64,000 bases of DNA, from contig OZ024741.1 in assembly GCA_964016885.1 (NCBI GenBank), positions 213,714,001-213,778,000 on the forward strand, given 5' to 3'. Numbering within the stretch: the stretch's first letter is position 1; each line of letters opens with the position of its first letter. Shown here piece after piece: positions 16,142-26,229 of this stretch. Source of the stretch: Eledone cirrhosa (Eukaryota). The notes under the pieces are model-generated. The model was not told the origin of the DNA. It saw only the letters and a list, made by a program, of their open reading frames with translations, and ran no database searches. The position numbers and the translations under genes were made by a program.

Positions 16142-19100
16142 ATGACCTCACTCAGAATAGGCAGCGTAAATGCGCGTGGCTTGGGGTCGTCATGGAAGCA
16201 GGGTCACCTGCTCAACGACCTCAGGTCACTAAACATAGATGTAGTGGCCATCAGCGAGACCAGAATCTCCGAAGCACGGGCCTTCGCACCGATCTTCGGC
16301 GGCTACGATGTGTACACATCTCCCAGCCGTCCTGGATCGGAGGGAGGAGTTGCTGTGCTTTTTCGGAGAGGTTTGGATCTCGCCATACGGGCCATCTTCC
16401 TGGACCCAGAGGGTAAGCTGGTGGTGCTGGACGTGACCAGCGGAGACGGGCAAGCTTTCAGGCTAGTGGCCGTCTATGCCCCGACAGGAGCAGGGCGGCC
16501 TGATTTCTTCCGGCGTCTGGAGACCTTTCTTGGAACGTCCCGCTCTTTAGTGTTAGTGGGCGACTGGAACGGGATCTTAGATGCACGCTGGGACTGTGTG
16601 GGATTATCGGATAGGGGTGGCGGGTGCAAGAGCCTCACCAACCTGCTCAGGCGTTTTGAACTGTCTGACAGGTACCGATTGGATTTCCCGAATGTGCCAA
16701 TGTGGACTTGGACAAACCGCATAGGGTCATCCAGATCATATCTAGATAGAGTATTTTGTAGGGAAATAGATAGGTCTAGCATTGGCTGTCCACAATTCAA
16801 GATAGTCAGCTACACGGACCACAAATTCGTGATCTGTGTGCTTGACTTAGATAGGCTTCATAGACGAGGACCCGGCTACTGGAAGCTAAACGCGTCCTTA
16901 CCAGCGCGCAAGGCCTACAGAGACCGGATTAGCGAACTAGTTAAGCGGGCGTTGACGGGGGCCATCGTCAACAACAAGTGGTGGTTTGCTCTGAAAAGAG
17001 CGATTAGAATAGAATCGATTAGGTTTAGTAAGGCTTTAGCAATAGAGAAAAATAGAGCAGAGGGAGAACTAGTTAGAAAATTAGACGAGGCGCTTAGCAA
17101 AGGCATTGCGACCGACGTGCTTGCGGCGAAATTGGCCCTTGACCAATTCTTCAATGCAAAGCACGAAGGCTGCGTTGTCAGAGCAAGGGTGCGTGCTCTC
17201 AGACACGAGGGGACGAAAGCCGTTCAATGGGCCCGAGTGGCGGAGGCGCGTCGTGGCAACAAAGCCACGATCCGGTCTTTGGTGGATCACGACGGGCGCA
17301 TGCTACTCGATCCCGGGCAAATGTGTGAAGCTTTTCAGCGACACTTCGCTCAGCTGTTCGGGGGCAGCGGTGGGCCGGGTAGAGGGATGGACTTTAGTGT
17401 CTACCTCGACGGACTGCCGCGGCTCTCGGCCACTGAGGCGAAGTGTTGCGAAAAGCCGATAACAGCCGCTGAAGTAAGGGAGGCAATGACTGGCTGCACA
17501 AGGGGTAAATCGCCTGGTTTGGATGGTCTGCCCTATGAACTTTACGTACAGATGCCAGACTTGTTCGGAGGCCTCTTGGCGGTCGTCTACTGCAACTGGC
17601 AACAGAACGGGAGAATTCCCAGTTCTGTGAGCCGAGGAGCGGTGGCACTGCTGAGAAAGGATCCGAACAAGGGGGATAACATAGACAATTTCCGGCCCAT
17701 AACTCTGCTAAACACAGAGTTCAAGATTTTGGCCAAGGTGCTAGCAAAGAGGTTGGCGCTTGTCGTTGGTGGTCTGGTGGGAGAGGCGCAGACATGCGCC
17801 ATTCCCGACAGATCCATCCACGACAACCTCCACCTCATGCGATACATCATAGAGAGGGTAGCTAAGGAACCTGGCACGGGTGGGTCCTTGATCAATTTAG
17901 ATCAGTCGAAAGCTTTCGATAGGGTCGACCATCGTTACCTAGCGGCAGTCCTGAGGGCGGCTGGCTTTGGGCCCGTCTTCAGAGGCTGGATCGCTGCCAT
18001 GCACAGCGACATCTGCTCTGTGGTGAGAGTGAACGGTCAACTGTCGGAACCGTTCAACATCATGCGCTCGGTCCGCCAAGGATGTCCCCTCTCGTCCCTC
18101 TTGTACGTATTGACTCTCGAGCCATTACTGCACAAACTGGAGACGTTCAGGGGAGTCCCGCGCGAACTAGGATGCGGAAGATCCGTGTCAGCATATGCGG
18201 ACGATGTCACCGTAGTGGTGTCGAACGCCAAACACATCGAGGCGATCGGCACTACACTAAGAGAATACGAAGCGGTGACAGGAGCAATGATCAACCAGGA
18301 AAAGTCAGTGGGCCTGCAGCTCGGCACCTGGAGAGGCAGGTCCATGCCGTCCAACAGCGTCGTCGGACGCTGGACGGACGGACCGGTTAAATTGCTAGGG
18401 TCTGGTTCGGTCCGGACCTCCAGACGGACAAAAACTGGGACGAGGTGACGAGCAGGGTGGCTTCTCTCACCCAGAAATGGGCGGAGAGGAAGCTATCCCT
18501 GAAAGGTCGAGCGGAGGTGGCTAACGCGTACATCGCGTCTGTCATCTGCTACCGCCTGACCGTCGTACCTTGTCCTAAGCCTCGCCTGACTGCGCTGGAG
18601 CGTTTGCTCTTTCGCTTTTTGTGGAAGGGACGTGCTCCGATGGTCAGGCGGTCCATCTGTTGTCAACACCCGCTACGTGGAGGGCTGGGCATGCCGTGGC
18701 TGATGATGCGCAGGCACGCGCTCAGGCTACGACATCTCCACCTCTTCCTCGACGGTGATCAGGTGTGGTCGCCGTTTGCTAGGCGCGTATTTCCCCAGCG
18801 CGTATTTCCCCAGCTGCAGTCCTGGGTCAAGCGAAGACCGAGAGGGAGCGCCTGGAGACTGGAATGTCTTCAGGCGCTCACAGCCCTCGACCAATCGGGC
18901 AATGTGATCGGTGGAAACTCCACCTCGGCGTTCTATAGAGGATTAGTGGAGGGTAAGAGCGACGACGTACTTGGGGAAACTCTAGGCGTCGACGAAAATC
19001 AACTAGCCAATCTCTTCGGAAGAACTTTCGGGCCGGGGCCTATGGACAACTTCCAGAAATCTCTGGCCTGGCAGTGCTACCGAGGAGCCTTGCCAGTTCG

Positions 19101-19557
19101 GGATAAACTCTACAGGCATGGAGGTGCCGTCAGCCGGGCATGTCCGAGATGCGCGCAGGGCGACGAAACCGTCCTGCACGCACTCGTCCAGTGTCCGAAA
19201 ATTGCTGACTTGTGGTTTTATGTCGAACACCTGCTGTCGCGTTTAGGACGGATCCGGCTATCATCTGAGTCCATCGTGAGGATTGCCCCGCCCTCCTCCT
19301 TTAGCCGGGAAGGGCAGGCAGTTTTTATCTGTCTGGTGGCCATGGCGAAAGAGATAGTATGGTGGACACGTTTGAAAGGGCTGAAGACGAGCACTTACCT
19401 CTTCGGTGATGCTCTGATTGACTTTTTCAAATTTCATTTGAAAAGGAAAATCAGAGTAGAGAGGGAAGTGCTCTCTTCCCAGCATTTTGTTGAAAGATGG
19501 GTGAGAGAAGCAAGAATGGCCCGAGTGAATGGGCCTACTCTGAGTATATATCTGTAA
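16142..19557 (+). CDS. LINE ORF2: APE endonuclease + reverse transcriptase + C-terminal zinc finger, split by a 1-nt frameshift at about 18398-18400
   Basis: APE motifs GSVNARGL, ISETR, VGDWN, SYLDR and TDHK. RT motifs GKSPGLDGLP, FRPITLLN, LDQSKAFDRV, VRQGCPLS and YADD. C-terminal CPRC...ETVLHALVQC. Adding one G to CTAGGGTCTGG restores LLGVWFGPDLQTDKNWDEVTSRV and joins ORFs 16142..18448 and 18445..19557. Confidence 0.95.
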
Positions 19558-19828
19558 ATTAAAGGTGGAAAACTGGGAGAGGGCACTTGCCTTGGTGGTC
19601 AGGGTCATTGTGGCTTTTTACTGGGCTTTCTCCACAAATGTCCCTCCGAAGTCTCCCCCCTATTGGGGAATTTTTCATTGTTATTTTCATTGTTATTTTT
19701 GTTACATCCTCTGTTTTTGTTTTTTACACGCAGAAATGCCCATTTGTACCGTTCTGCATTGTCCTGCACTGTCCTTAATGTCTACTTTATGTAAACCCTT
19801 GTGGTTAATAAAGAAATCATTATTATTT

Positions 19829-20360
19829 AGGGCGGTGGATTGGCAGTATCGGTAGAGGTTCGGACGCCATGCTTTGCAGCATAGAGTTACGGCCCTTTAT
19901 GATCTGTGTTCAAATCCCGCCGAGGTTAACTTTGCCTTTCATCTTTACGCGGTCGATAAAATAAAGTACCAGTCACGCACTGGGGTCGATTTAATCGCAG
20001 GCCTTGTGCCTATATAAAAAACCATTATTATTTAGGGTTGTGGATTGGCAGTATCGGTAGAGGGTCGGACGCCATGCTTAACAGCAAAGATTTACGGCCC
20101 TTTATGATCTGAGTTGAAATCCCCCCGCGATTAACTTTGCCTTTCATCCTTACGGGGTCGATGAAATAAAGCACTAGTATTACACTGGGATAATTGATGC
20201 CCTTGTTCCCAAAGTAGAAACAATTATTTCTATTTTTAGCTTTATTTTATCGACTCCGTAACGATGAAGGCAAAGTACCAGTAAAGAACTGAGGTCGATT
20301 TAATCGACTTTTCCCTCACCCAAAATTGTTTGCCTTGTGCTTTAATCAGAAATCGTTATT
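19829..20360 (+). mobile_element. Tandem array of S1 SINEs: two full copies (19829-20023, 20034-20225) and a 3' fragment (about 20267-20360)
   Basis: tRNA-like head with A-box-like TGGCAGTATCGGTAG and B-box-like GTTCAAATCC; central GCCTTTCATCCTTACGGGGTCGATAAAATAAAGTACCAG; first two copies joined by an (ATT)3 linker. Confidence 0.9.
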
Positions 20361-20854
20361 ATTGTTGGTTGTTCGTGCTACGTACTCTATCGAGTATCGT
20401 AACTCAGAGACCAGAGAGTAGTTCCAGGTAGAGCCGCTATTTCTCCGAAGTGAGAGATCACAACTCAGCAACCATGAAATAAATGAGGTTCAGAGTATAT
20501 TAGAGACCCAGTGTACATATATTATACATTTCTGTTGGGATGGTCCACATGTTGATATTTGTTCCAGGTCTCTGCGCGCACCAAGGTCAAATTCAGCCGA
20601 TGTCAACTTAGAGTTTCTAACTTTAGAAGGTCGATGAATAAAATACCCGTCCTGTGGCTGTGTATATATATATATTTTTTTAATTCTTAAAGAGCTGGAC
20701 AGAATGTATTGGAGTATCTGATCCAGCTATGTGCGTTCTGAGTTCAAATACCACCTCATCCTTTTTCCATGATTTGCGTCTGACAGATAATTCCACCAAT
20801 TTAACGAACAGTGACTACGTTTTTTCCTTGCTCCAATCTATCACCGCATCTTTT

Positions 20855-21080
20855 TCTGCTATTTTTTCCTTTTCATTCTTTTTTCCTTTTTTCCTTTTTC
20901 CCTTTTTCCTTATTTTTTTCCCTTTTTTCTTTATTTCCTTTTTCCCTTTTTCCTTATTTTTTTCCCTTTTTTCTTTTTTTCCTTTTTTCCCTTTTTCCTT
21001 ATTTTTTCCTTCTTTTCCTTTTCTTCTTTCCTTTCTTTTTTCTTTTTTTTCTTTTTCTTTTTTTCTTTTTTTCTCTTTTA
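20855..21080. repeat. Polypyrimidine (T-rich TTTTTCC-type) low-complexity tract
   Basis: Direct inspection. Confidence 0.9.
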
Positions 21081-21555
21081 ATGTTTCGAAGTTGTACTTT
21101 TGAATGAGTTTCATTTTGAGATCCCAATGACTGGCCCTACCTAGGCATTCACCCATCCTTAACCTTTCACTGTTCCACTGCCAACAAACAGTAATTCCTA
21201 TCTCTGAGAATAGAATTGCCATCGCTTCATTACCTTTCTGTAGGTCTTTTATCTTCTGAGTTTCCCTTCTGACTCATGGTTAAATGCCTGCATGTTTGTA
21301 TAGCTATGTGTGCGCCATTGACCATCGCCTATCATCCTCACCCTGTCAAAATATTTAGTCAATCTATCGCCACGGTGACTAATTCTCTTTGCTATCCATT
21401 TTTTTTAAATTTTATTTAGTTATTTACCTGTCTGAGCAATCGACTACACGTCAAAGAAACTCCAGTGTAACATGCTCTTGAAAAACACATATCTATGTAT
21501 ATAATGTGCGCGTGTTGTGTATGTACATATATATATATACTATATATACTATATA

Positions 21556-21610
<55 letters not shown>

Positions 21611-21612
<2 letters not shown>

Positions 21613-22125
21613 AACGAGTAGAACCCCGACGGCTGAGCTCAAGCCGTTTCGACGGCTAATTCTGGACTAAATGAAACATTTTTAACCTGGTACATGAATA
21701 GCCGAGCTTCTCAGGGGGTAATTCCATATATGGTAAAAGTGATTGTCACAAGGATTGGTCAAAAGTTTGTTGTTGAGACACATAATTCTATCATGGCATT
21801 TTGTGGAAGGAAGGGGTAGCTGAACTTGCCAGTAGAAGAAAGAGGGAGAGGGAGTGGAGGAAACCCAGTCGTGCGTAGATAGTGCCAACTACAGCAGGAT
21901 CTTAAGGATAAAAGGTCAATAGAAGTATACTAGGGAGAGGGAGGAAGTCGAAACAATAAGTAAATCAATATGGAGTAAATATTCATTTAGTCCAGAATTA
22001 GTCGTCGAAACGGCTTGAGCTCAGCCGTCGGGGTCCAACTCGTTCTTGTTACCCACTCTACTACCCTAAGTATTGAGTACTTTGGTGCGTTATAGTCCAT
22101 CTGGTTCATTACCACATTTCCTTAG

Positions 22126-22128
<3 letters not shown>
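21611..22128. mobile_element. PLE-terminus-like insert, family A: inverted arms 21612-21675 / 21982-22045 plus a tail, between (TA)n tracts
   Basis: Arms are reverse complements. The tail CCACTCTACTACCCTAAGTATTGAGTAC...GGTGCGTTAT is shared with 35572-35735, 39129-39335, 41222-41288 and about 59400-59470. Confidence 0.75.
21623..21719 (-). ncRNA. Type I hammerhead ribozyme fold, probably impaired (core CUGAGAA, C3-A8 mismatch)
   Basis: Minus strand: ACCCC-CUGAGAA-G..CGGCUA...UAGCCG.C-GAAA-CGGCU-UGAGCUC-AGCCG-UC|GGGGU. Stems I, II and III pair, and loop III contains the palindrome UGAGCUCA. Confidence 0.6.
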
Positions 22129-22185
<57 letters not shown>

Positions 22186-22266
22186 GTGTGTGTGTGTGTG
22201 TGTGCGTAGGAAATAGGAACAGACCTTCTTCAACACTTATTTTTTTTATTTGAATTATAATAATTA

Positions 22267-22304
22267 ATATTTGATAAGATTAATTGCATCGAAACCAGTA
22301 ATAT
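22267..22304 (+). ncRNA. Minimal type I hammerhead ribozyme fold, U3-A8 core variant
   Basis: AUAU-UUGAUAA-GAU-UAAUUGC-AUC-GAAAC-CA-GUA|AUAU. Stem III ACCAGU is one change from the palindrome ACCGGU. Confidence 0.62.
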
Positions 22305-22984
22305 ATCATCATAAAACGCTTTATGAACAAAAAATGTTTTCTCCTCTTTTCAAAAATAACATTTTGTCGGATTAACGAAAAAAAGCAAATTCTTTAAATA
22401 TACTTCCATGCTGTTTCCATTCTTATTTTATATATATATATATATATATATATTTAATACAGTATATATATTTCCATTCTTATTTTATATATATATATAT
22501 TTAATACAGTTTGTTTACAAACACACCGAGCATTATAATAAATGTTCGGAGAATCCATACGTACATATATATATATGTGTGCATGTATGTATATATATAT
22601 ACATACTACTGTACGTCTGTATACATATATGTATGTACGTATACATACTTATATATTTAATACATTAACGGAGAAATTTTTAAGCGGTACTCTGACCAAC
22701 TCCATCTCACTCAACAAACATAAGGATATTCCTAAGTATAATCCCAATTAAGTGTTTAGGGTGCTAACTATATAGTATTCCGTGGAAAGTTGGTTGTATT
22801 CTTTTATATGAGACATAATTAAATAAACCTCTTTCCTTCCATACGATCGTTTCGTTATACGATTTCTACAAGTTGGGATAATTAATGTCCAAGTTATGTA
22901 GAAAGTTGTATATAATCCATAGACATACACACAAGCGGGCCCTTATATATATATATAGATATAGATAGATATATATAGCGTAGA

Positions 22985-23042
<58 letters not shown>

Positions 23043-23093
23043 GTATCCGTAGTGGTAGAACACTCAGTCCATGGGGGACGAGTTTGGTAGGAG

Positions 23094-23197
23094 TAGTAAC
23101 ACAACAGTTAGTACACCATACTGAGAAGAATTGTTTTGCCTTAGCGCTAAGATGAAACAATTGTTCTCGGTATGGTGAACTAACTATTGTGTTACTA
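23094..23197. repeat. ~104-bp imperfect palindrome centred on TTAGCGCTAA, containing a hammerhead 3' half (GAAAC-AATT-GTT)
   Basis: TAGTAACACAACAGTTAG... versus ...CTAACTATTGTGTTACTA. Confidence 0.8.
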
Positions 23198-23251
23198 AGT
23201 CTCTATCTATATATATAACCATACAGTAACCACACATCCTCGCCTCCTAAC

Positions 23252-23317
<66 letters not shown>

Positions 23318-23420
23318 TGTATTTTACAATACACTATATGCTTAATTAAAATCATTTCGCTATTGTTTTAGAGTAGTGACAGTCTCACTTACTTTAATTT
23401 TCAGCAAACAGGGGAGATAA

Positions 23421-23465
23421 AGCTGACAGAGCTCTGTTTCGCACTTTTTGGTGCTTATCAAAGCT
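23421..23465 (-). ncRNA. Minimal type I hammerhead ribozyme fold, U3-A8 core variant, with extended stem I
   Basis: Minus strand: AGCU-UUGAUAA-GCAC-CAAAAA-GUGC-GAAAC-AG-AGCU-CU-GUC|AGCU. Stem I is extended by TTTTCAGCAAACA (about 23398-23410) pairing with TGTTTGCTGAAAA (about 23478-23490). Confidence 0.82.
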
Positions 23466-23711
23466 AAGTACTCCGCATGTTTGCTGAAAATCATGAATGT
23501 TTGATTCTTATAGAATTCTAGTAATAATCAGGAACTGATTAAACAGAGCGGTTGCCGGTCAAGCAGAAATTGAAAATTAGAATTGGTGCTCTGAAATACC
23601 GATATATATATGAATGTATATACAGTGTATTTTGCAATACACTGTATGCTTAATTAAAAGCATTTCGAAGACCTTACGCTATTGTTTTAGAGTAGTGACA
23701 GACTCACTTAC

Positions 23712-23767
23712 TTCATTCTGACGACCAAAGTCAGACGTCTGTCTTCGTGAAACCTTTGTTAAATGAA
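23712..23767 (+). ncRNA. Degenerate canonical hammerhead fold
   Basis: UUCAUU-CUGACGA-[near-palindromic stem II]-GAAAC-CUUU-GUU-A-AAUGAA; stem III is imperfect. Confidence 0.45.
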
Positions 23768-23867
23768 ATAATTATCTTATGTCGTTTATTACATAACTAA
23801 AAAAGCTCTGTATCCTACATAGAGCACTCTCTTTTCCTTTACCTTTCATACGGAAACACTTTATATA

Positions 23868-23910
<43 letters not shown>

Positions 23911-24159
23911 GATATTATAATACCTACTGATATACGTTCGTGTTTTTTACGCTCTTGATTTCAAATCACACCTATGTCGATTTTTGTAATATTGTATATA
24001 CCACACACATACACCCACAAACCCCCACACACACGCACACGTATTGTATATAATGCAAACTTATCCAAATATTATACATCTTGATATTAATTATAACAAT
24101 AAAATGATGGCAAGACATATATAGAAATCTGGTGACGTATGTCTGAAAAGTAAAGAAAC

Positions 24160-25545
24160 AGCAGGCTGCCCAACTTCCACTACCTGATCAAAACCGACAA
24201 AGTGTCCCACCCCAAAATTAGACGCATTGTCTCCAGTATTGAAGGACCATCTTATAAAATCTCTTTGCTTCTGTCCAAGATTTTAAAGCCCCTGTTGACA
24301 ACGTTCCCGGGCCACGTCTACAGCTCGGATGATGTCATCCAGCGACTCAACTAACTAATACGCCTTTAGCCTAGTTGTAGTATCCCTCCACAACTCGGTA
24401 CCTGCAATCACGGCAGTGGAAATATTAACTGAATGTGTCGGTTTCGGCGATCTGGATTGTTTAGGCCTCACCACCACCGATATTTCCCAGCTCCTATCCA
24501 TTATTGTAAACAACGCCTTTTTCAAACTTCCTGAGAAAAGCCTACCGACAGACTTCTGGACTACCCATGGGATCCAGCCTCTCGGGTTTACTGGCCATTT
24601 CGTATATGAACAGACTTGAAGGCCGAGTACTCAGCTCCTGCAACACCTGCGCTTTCTTCACTAGATATGTTGATGATGTCCTCACAGCCAACAAGATTTT
24701 CGAATCTTTCAACAATGCTGAAAATAACATCAAGTTCAGCATCGAACATCCTACCGACTTCGGGACCCTGTCTCTACTTGATTTCAGGCTAAACATTCCT
24801 GATAGCGGTAAAATCCACACCGATTTCTTGCGCATAGTGGCCAGCAAGGACCTGTTTGGTCATTACAAATCTGCCCTCCCCAACCGCTCTAAAAGAGAGT
24901 ACATCTTCAACGAAATGGCTCGCATACGCAACCGATGCAGCGGCGCTTCTCAAAAAGCCACGCATATCAGACGATTTCACAAGGTACTAGAGATTAACGG
25001 CTACCCAGCTTCCTTCTTCACCCCACGACGAAACCGCAGGCTCGGAGACCGGACCCACATAAACAACAGTTGCTTCAAGATCCCACATCTCAGCGAGGAA
25101 ACCACCAACGCCAAGTGCAAAGCCATCAGAAGAGAGGGCCTCAACATCAAACTAGCTCACTCTGGACCTTCCTGCGAAGATGCCTCTCCACAAGACAAAC
25201 ACGCTAACGAGGATAATGGATGCACCCTATACAATTGTCCTATCCGCAACACTAATTCTTGACTACATACCTACGTAGAATACATACTTGAGTGTAACAA
25301 GTGCAATCAATTTTACATAGGCAGCACTATTCGATCGTTACTCTCCGTATTAAAGAGCATGTTAACACGAACTCCTCTTCCTTCCGCAAACACATCATCA
25401 TATGTGGAAACCGGGTCAACATTACCACCGCAATCTTAGCTACCGAACGCAGTATAGGCACGCTGAGAAATAAGGAAGTCCTCTTAATCAAACAATTAAA
25501 ACTTAGGATCAATAATCGAATGGAAAGAAGTGCACTAGAATAGCT
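24160..25545 (+). pseudogene. Decayed Penelope-like element ORF (RT + GIY-YIG endonuclease)
   Basis: IRRIVSSIEGPSYKIS...ILKPLL; GLPMGSSLSGLLAISYM; RYVDDV; LSLLDF; YILECNKCNQFYIGSTI...RIKEH. Several stops and frameshifts. Homologous to 39365-40552. Confidence 0.9.
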
Positions 25546-25840
25546 AAATTAAAGCCTGTATTCCAACATCCTAGTGAGGTTTGTCGGGTTTGTATCCGTG
25601 AGAGTGTGAAGATCCTAAAGCTACGTGGGCGGGTGATCAACTCTAAGTTCGAGATCCTGAGTAATTGTATGCATCGAAGGAGCCATCTGTTCGCCCATCT
25701 CGCAGGTGTGCGCACCGCGAGGGACCGAAGTCTTACTTAGGGGGCTACCGACACTGTCAGGACACGGTAACCCCACTGCTCGTCTCAAAACACCAATACC
25801 CGCTTTTCTTACACTTTCGTGATGTGTATATATGTATGTA

Positions 25841-25874
<34 letters not shown>

Positions 25875-26229
25875 TGTGTGTGTATGTGTGTGTATATGTG
25901 TGTGCATCCAGTTGGATCAATTGGAGACGGTTACCTCTGACAGACCTGCAGGAAGACGTGTTTAAGGACCCTCGCCGGAATAAGGAGCAGCAGAAGAAAA
26001 GGAAGAAGAGAAAGCTAACCTCAGTGGGATGTGAACTTAAAACGAAAAGGGCCGTAACTCTATGTCACTAAGCATGTTGCCCGATGGTCTACTGATTCTG
26101 CCAATCCATAATTATAATTTATACATGAAATAAGCTGTAGTGATGGTTGGTTTGATGTGTTGATGCTTGAACAGTTATGGGTGGTATAAGATTGAAAGAT
26201 GAGGATGGTTAATTTGTTGAAAAGTGAGT

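Larger units (their letters stand above)
13816..19818 (+). mobile_element. Full-length non-LTR retrotransposon, L1/Tx1-type (5'UTR, ORF1, ORF2, 3'UTR)
   Basis: Two-ORF layout. AATAAA at 19807-19812 is followed by GAAATC. Bounded by (ATT)7 at 13795-13815 and (ATT)3 at 19819-19827. Confidence 0.92.

Noticed and set aside
16192-19855. Short overlapping and antisense ORFs within the LINE
   Set aside because: They are shadow frames of GC-richer coding sequence with no recognisable motifs.
19829-19925. tRNA genes at SINE heads
   Set aside because: A/B-box-like motifs are present, but the spacing is extended, no cloverleaf could be folded, and each continues into the SINE body.
22836-22915. Minus-strand hammerhead (GAAAC-GAUC-GUA with a long stem II hairpin)
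   Set aside because: No CUGAnGA or UUGAnAA core was found upstream. It is probably a truncated remnant and was not called as a ribozyme.
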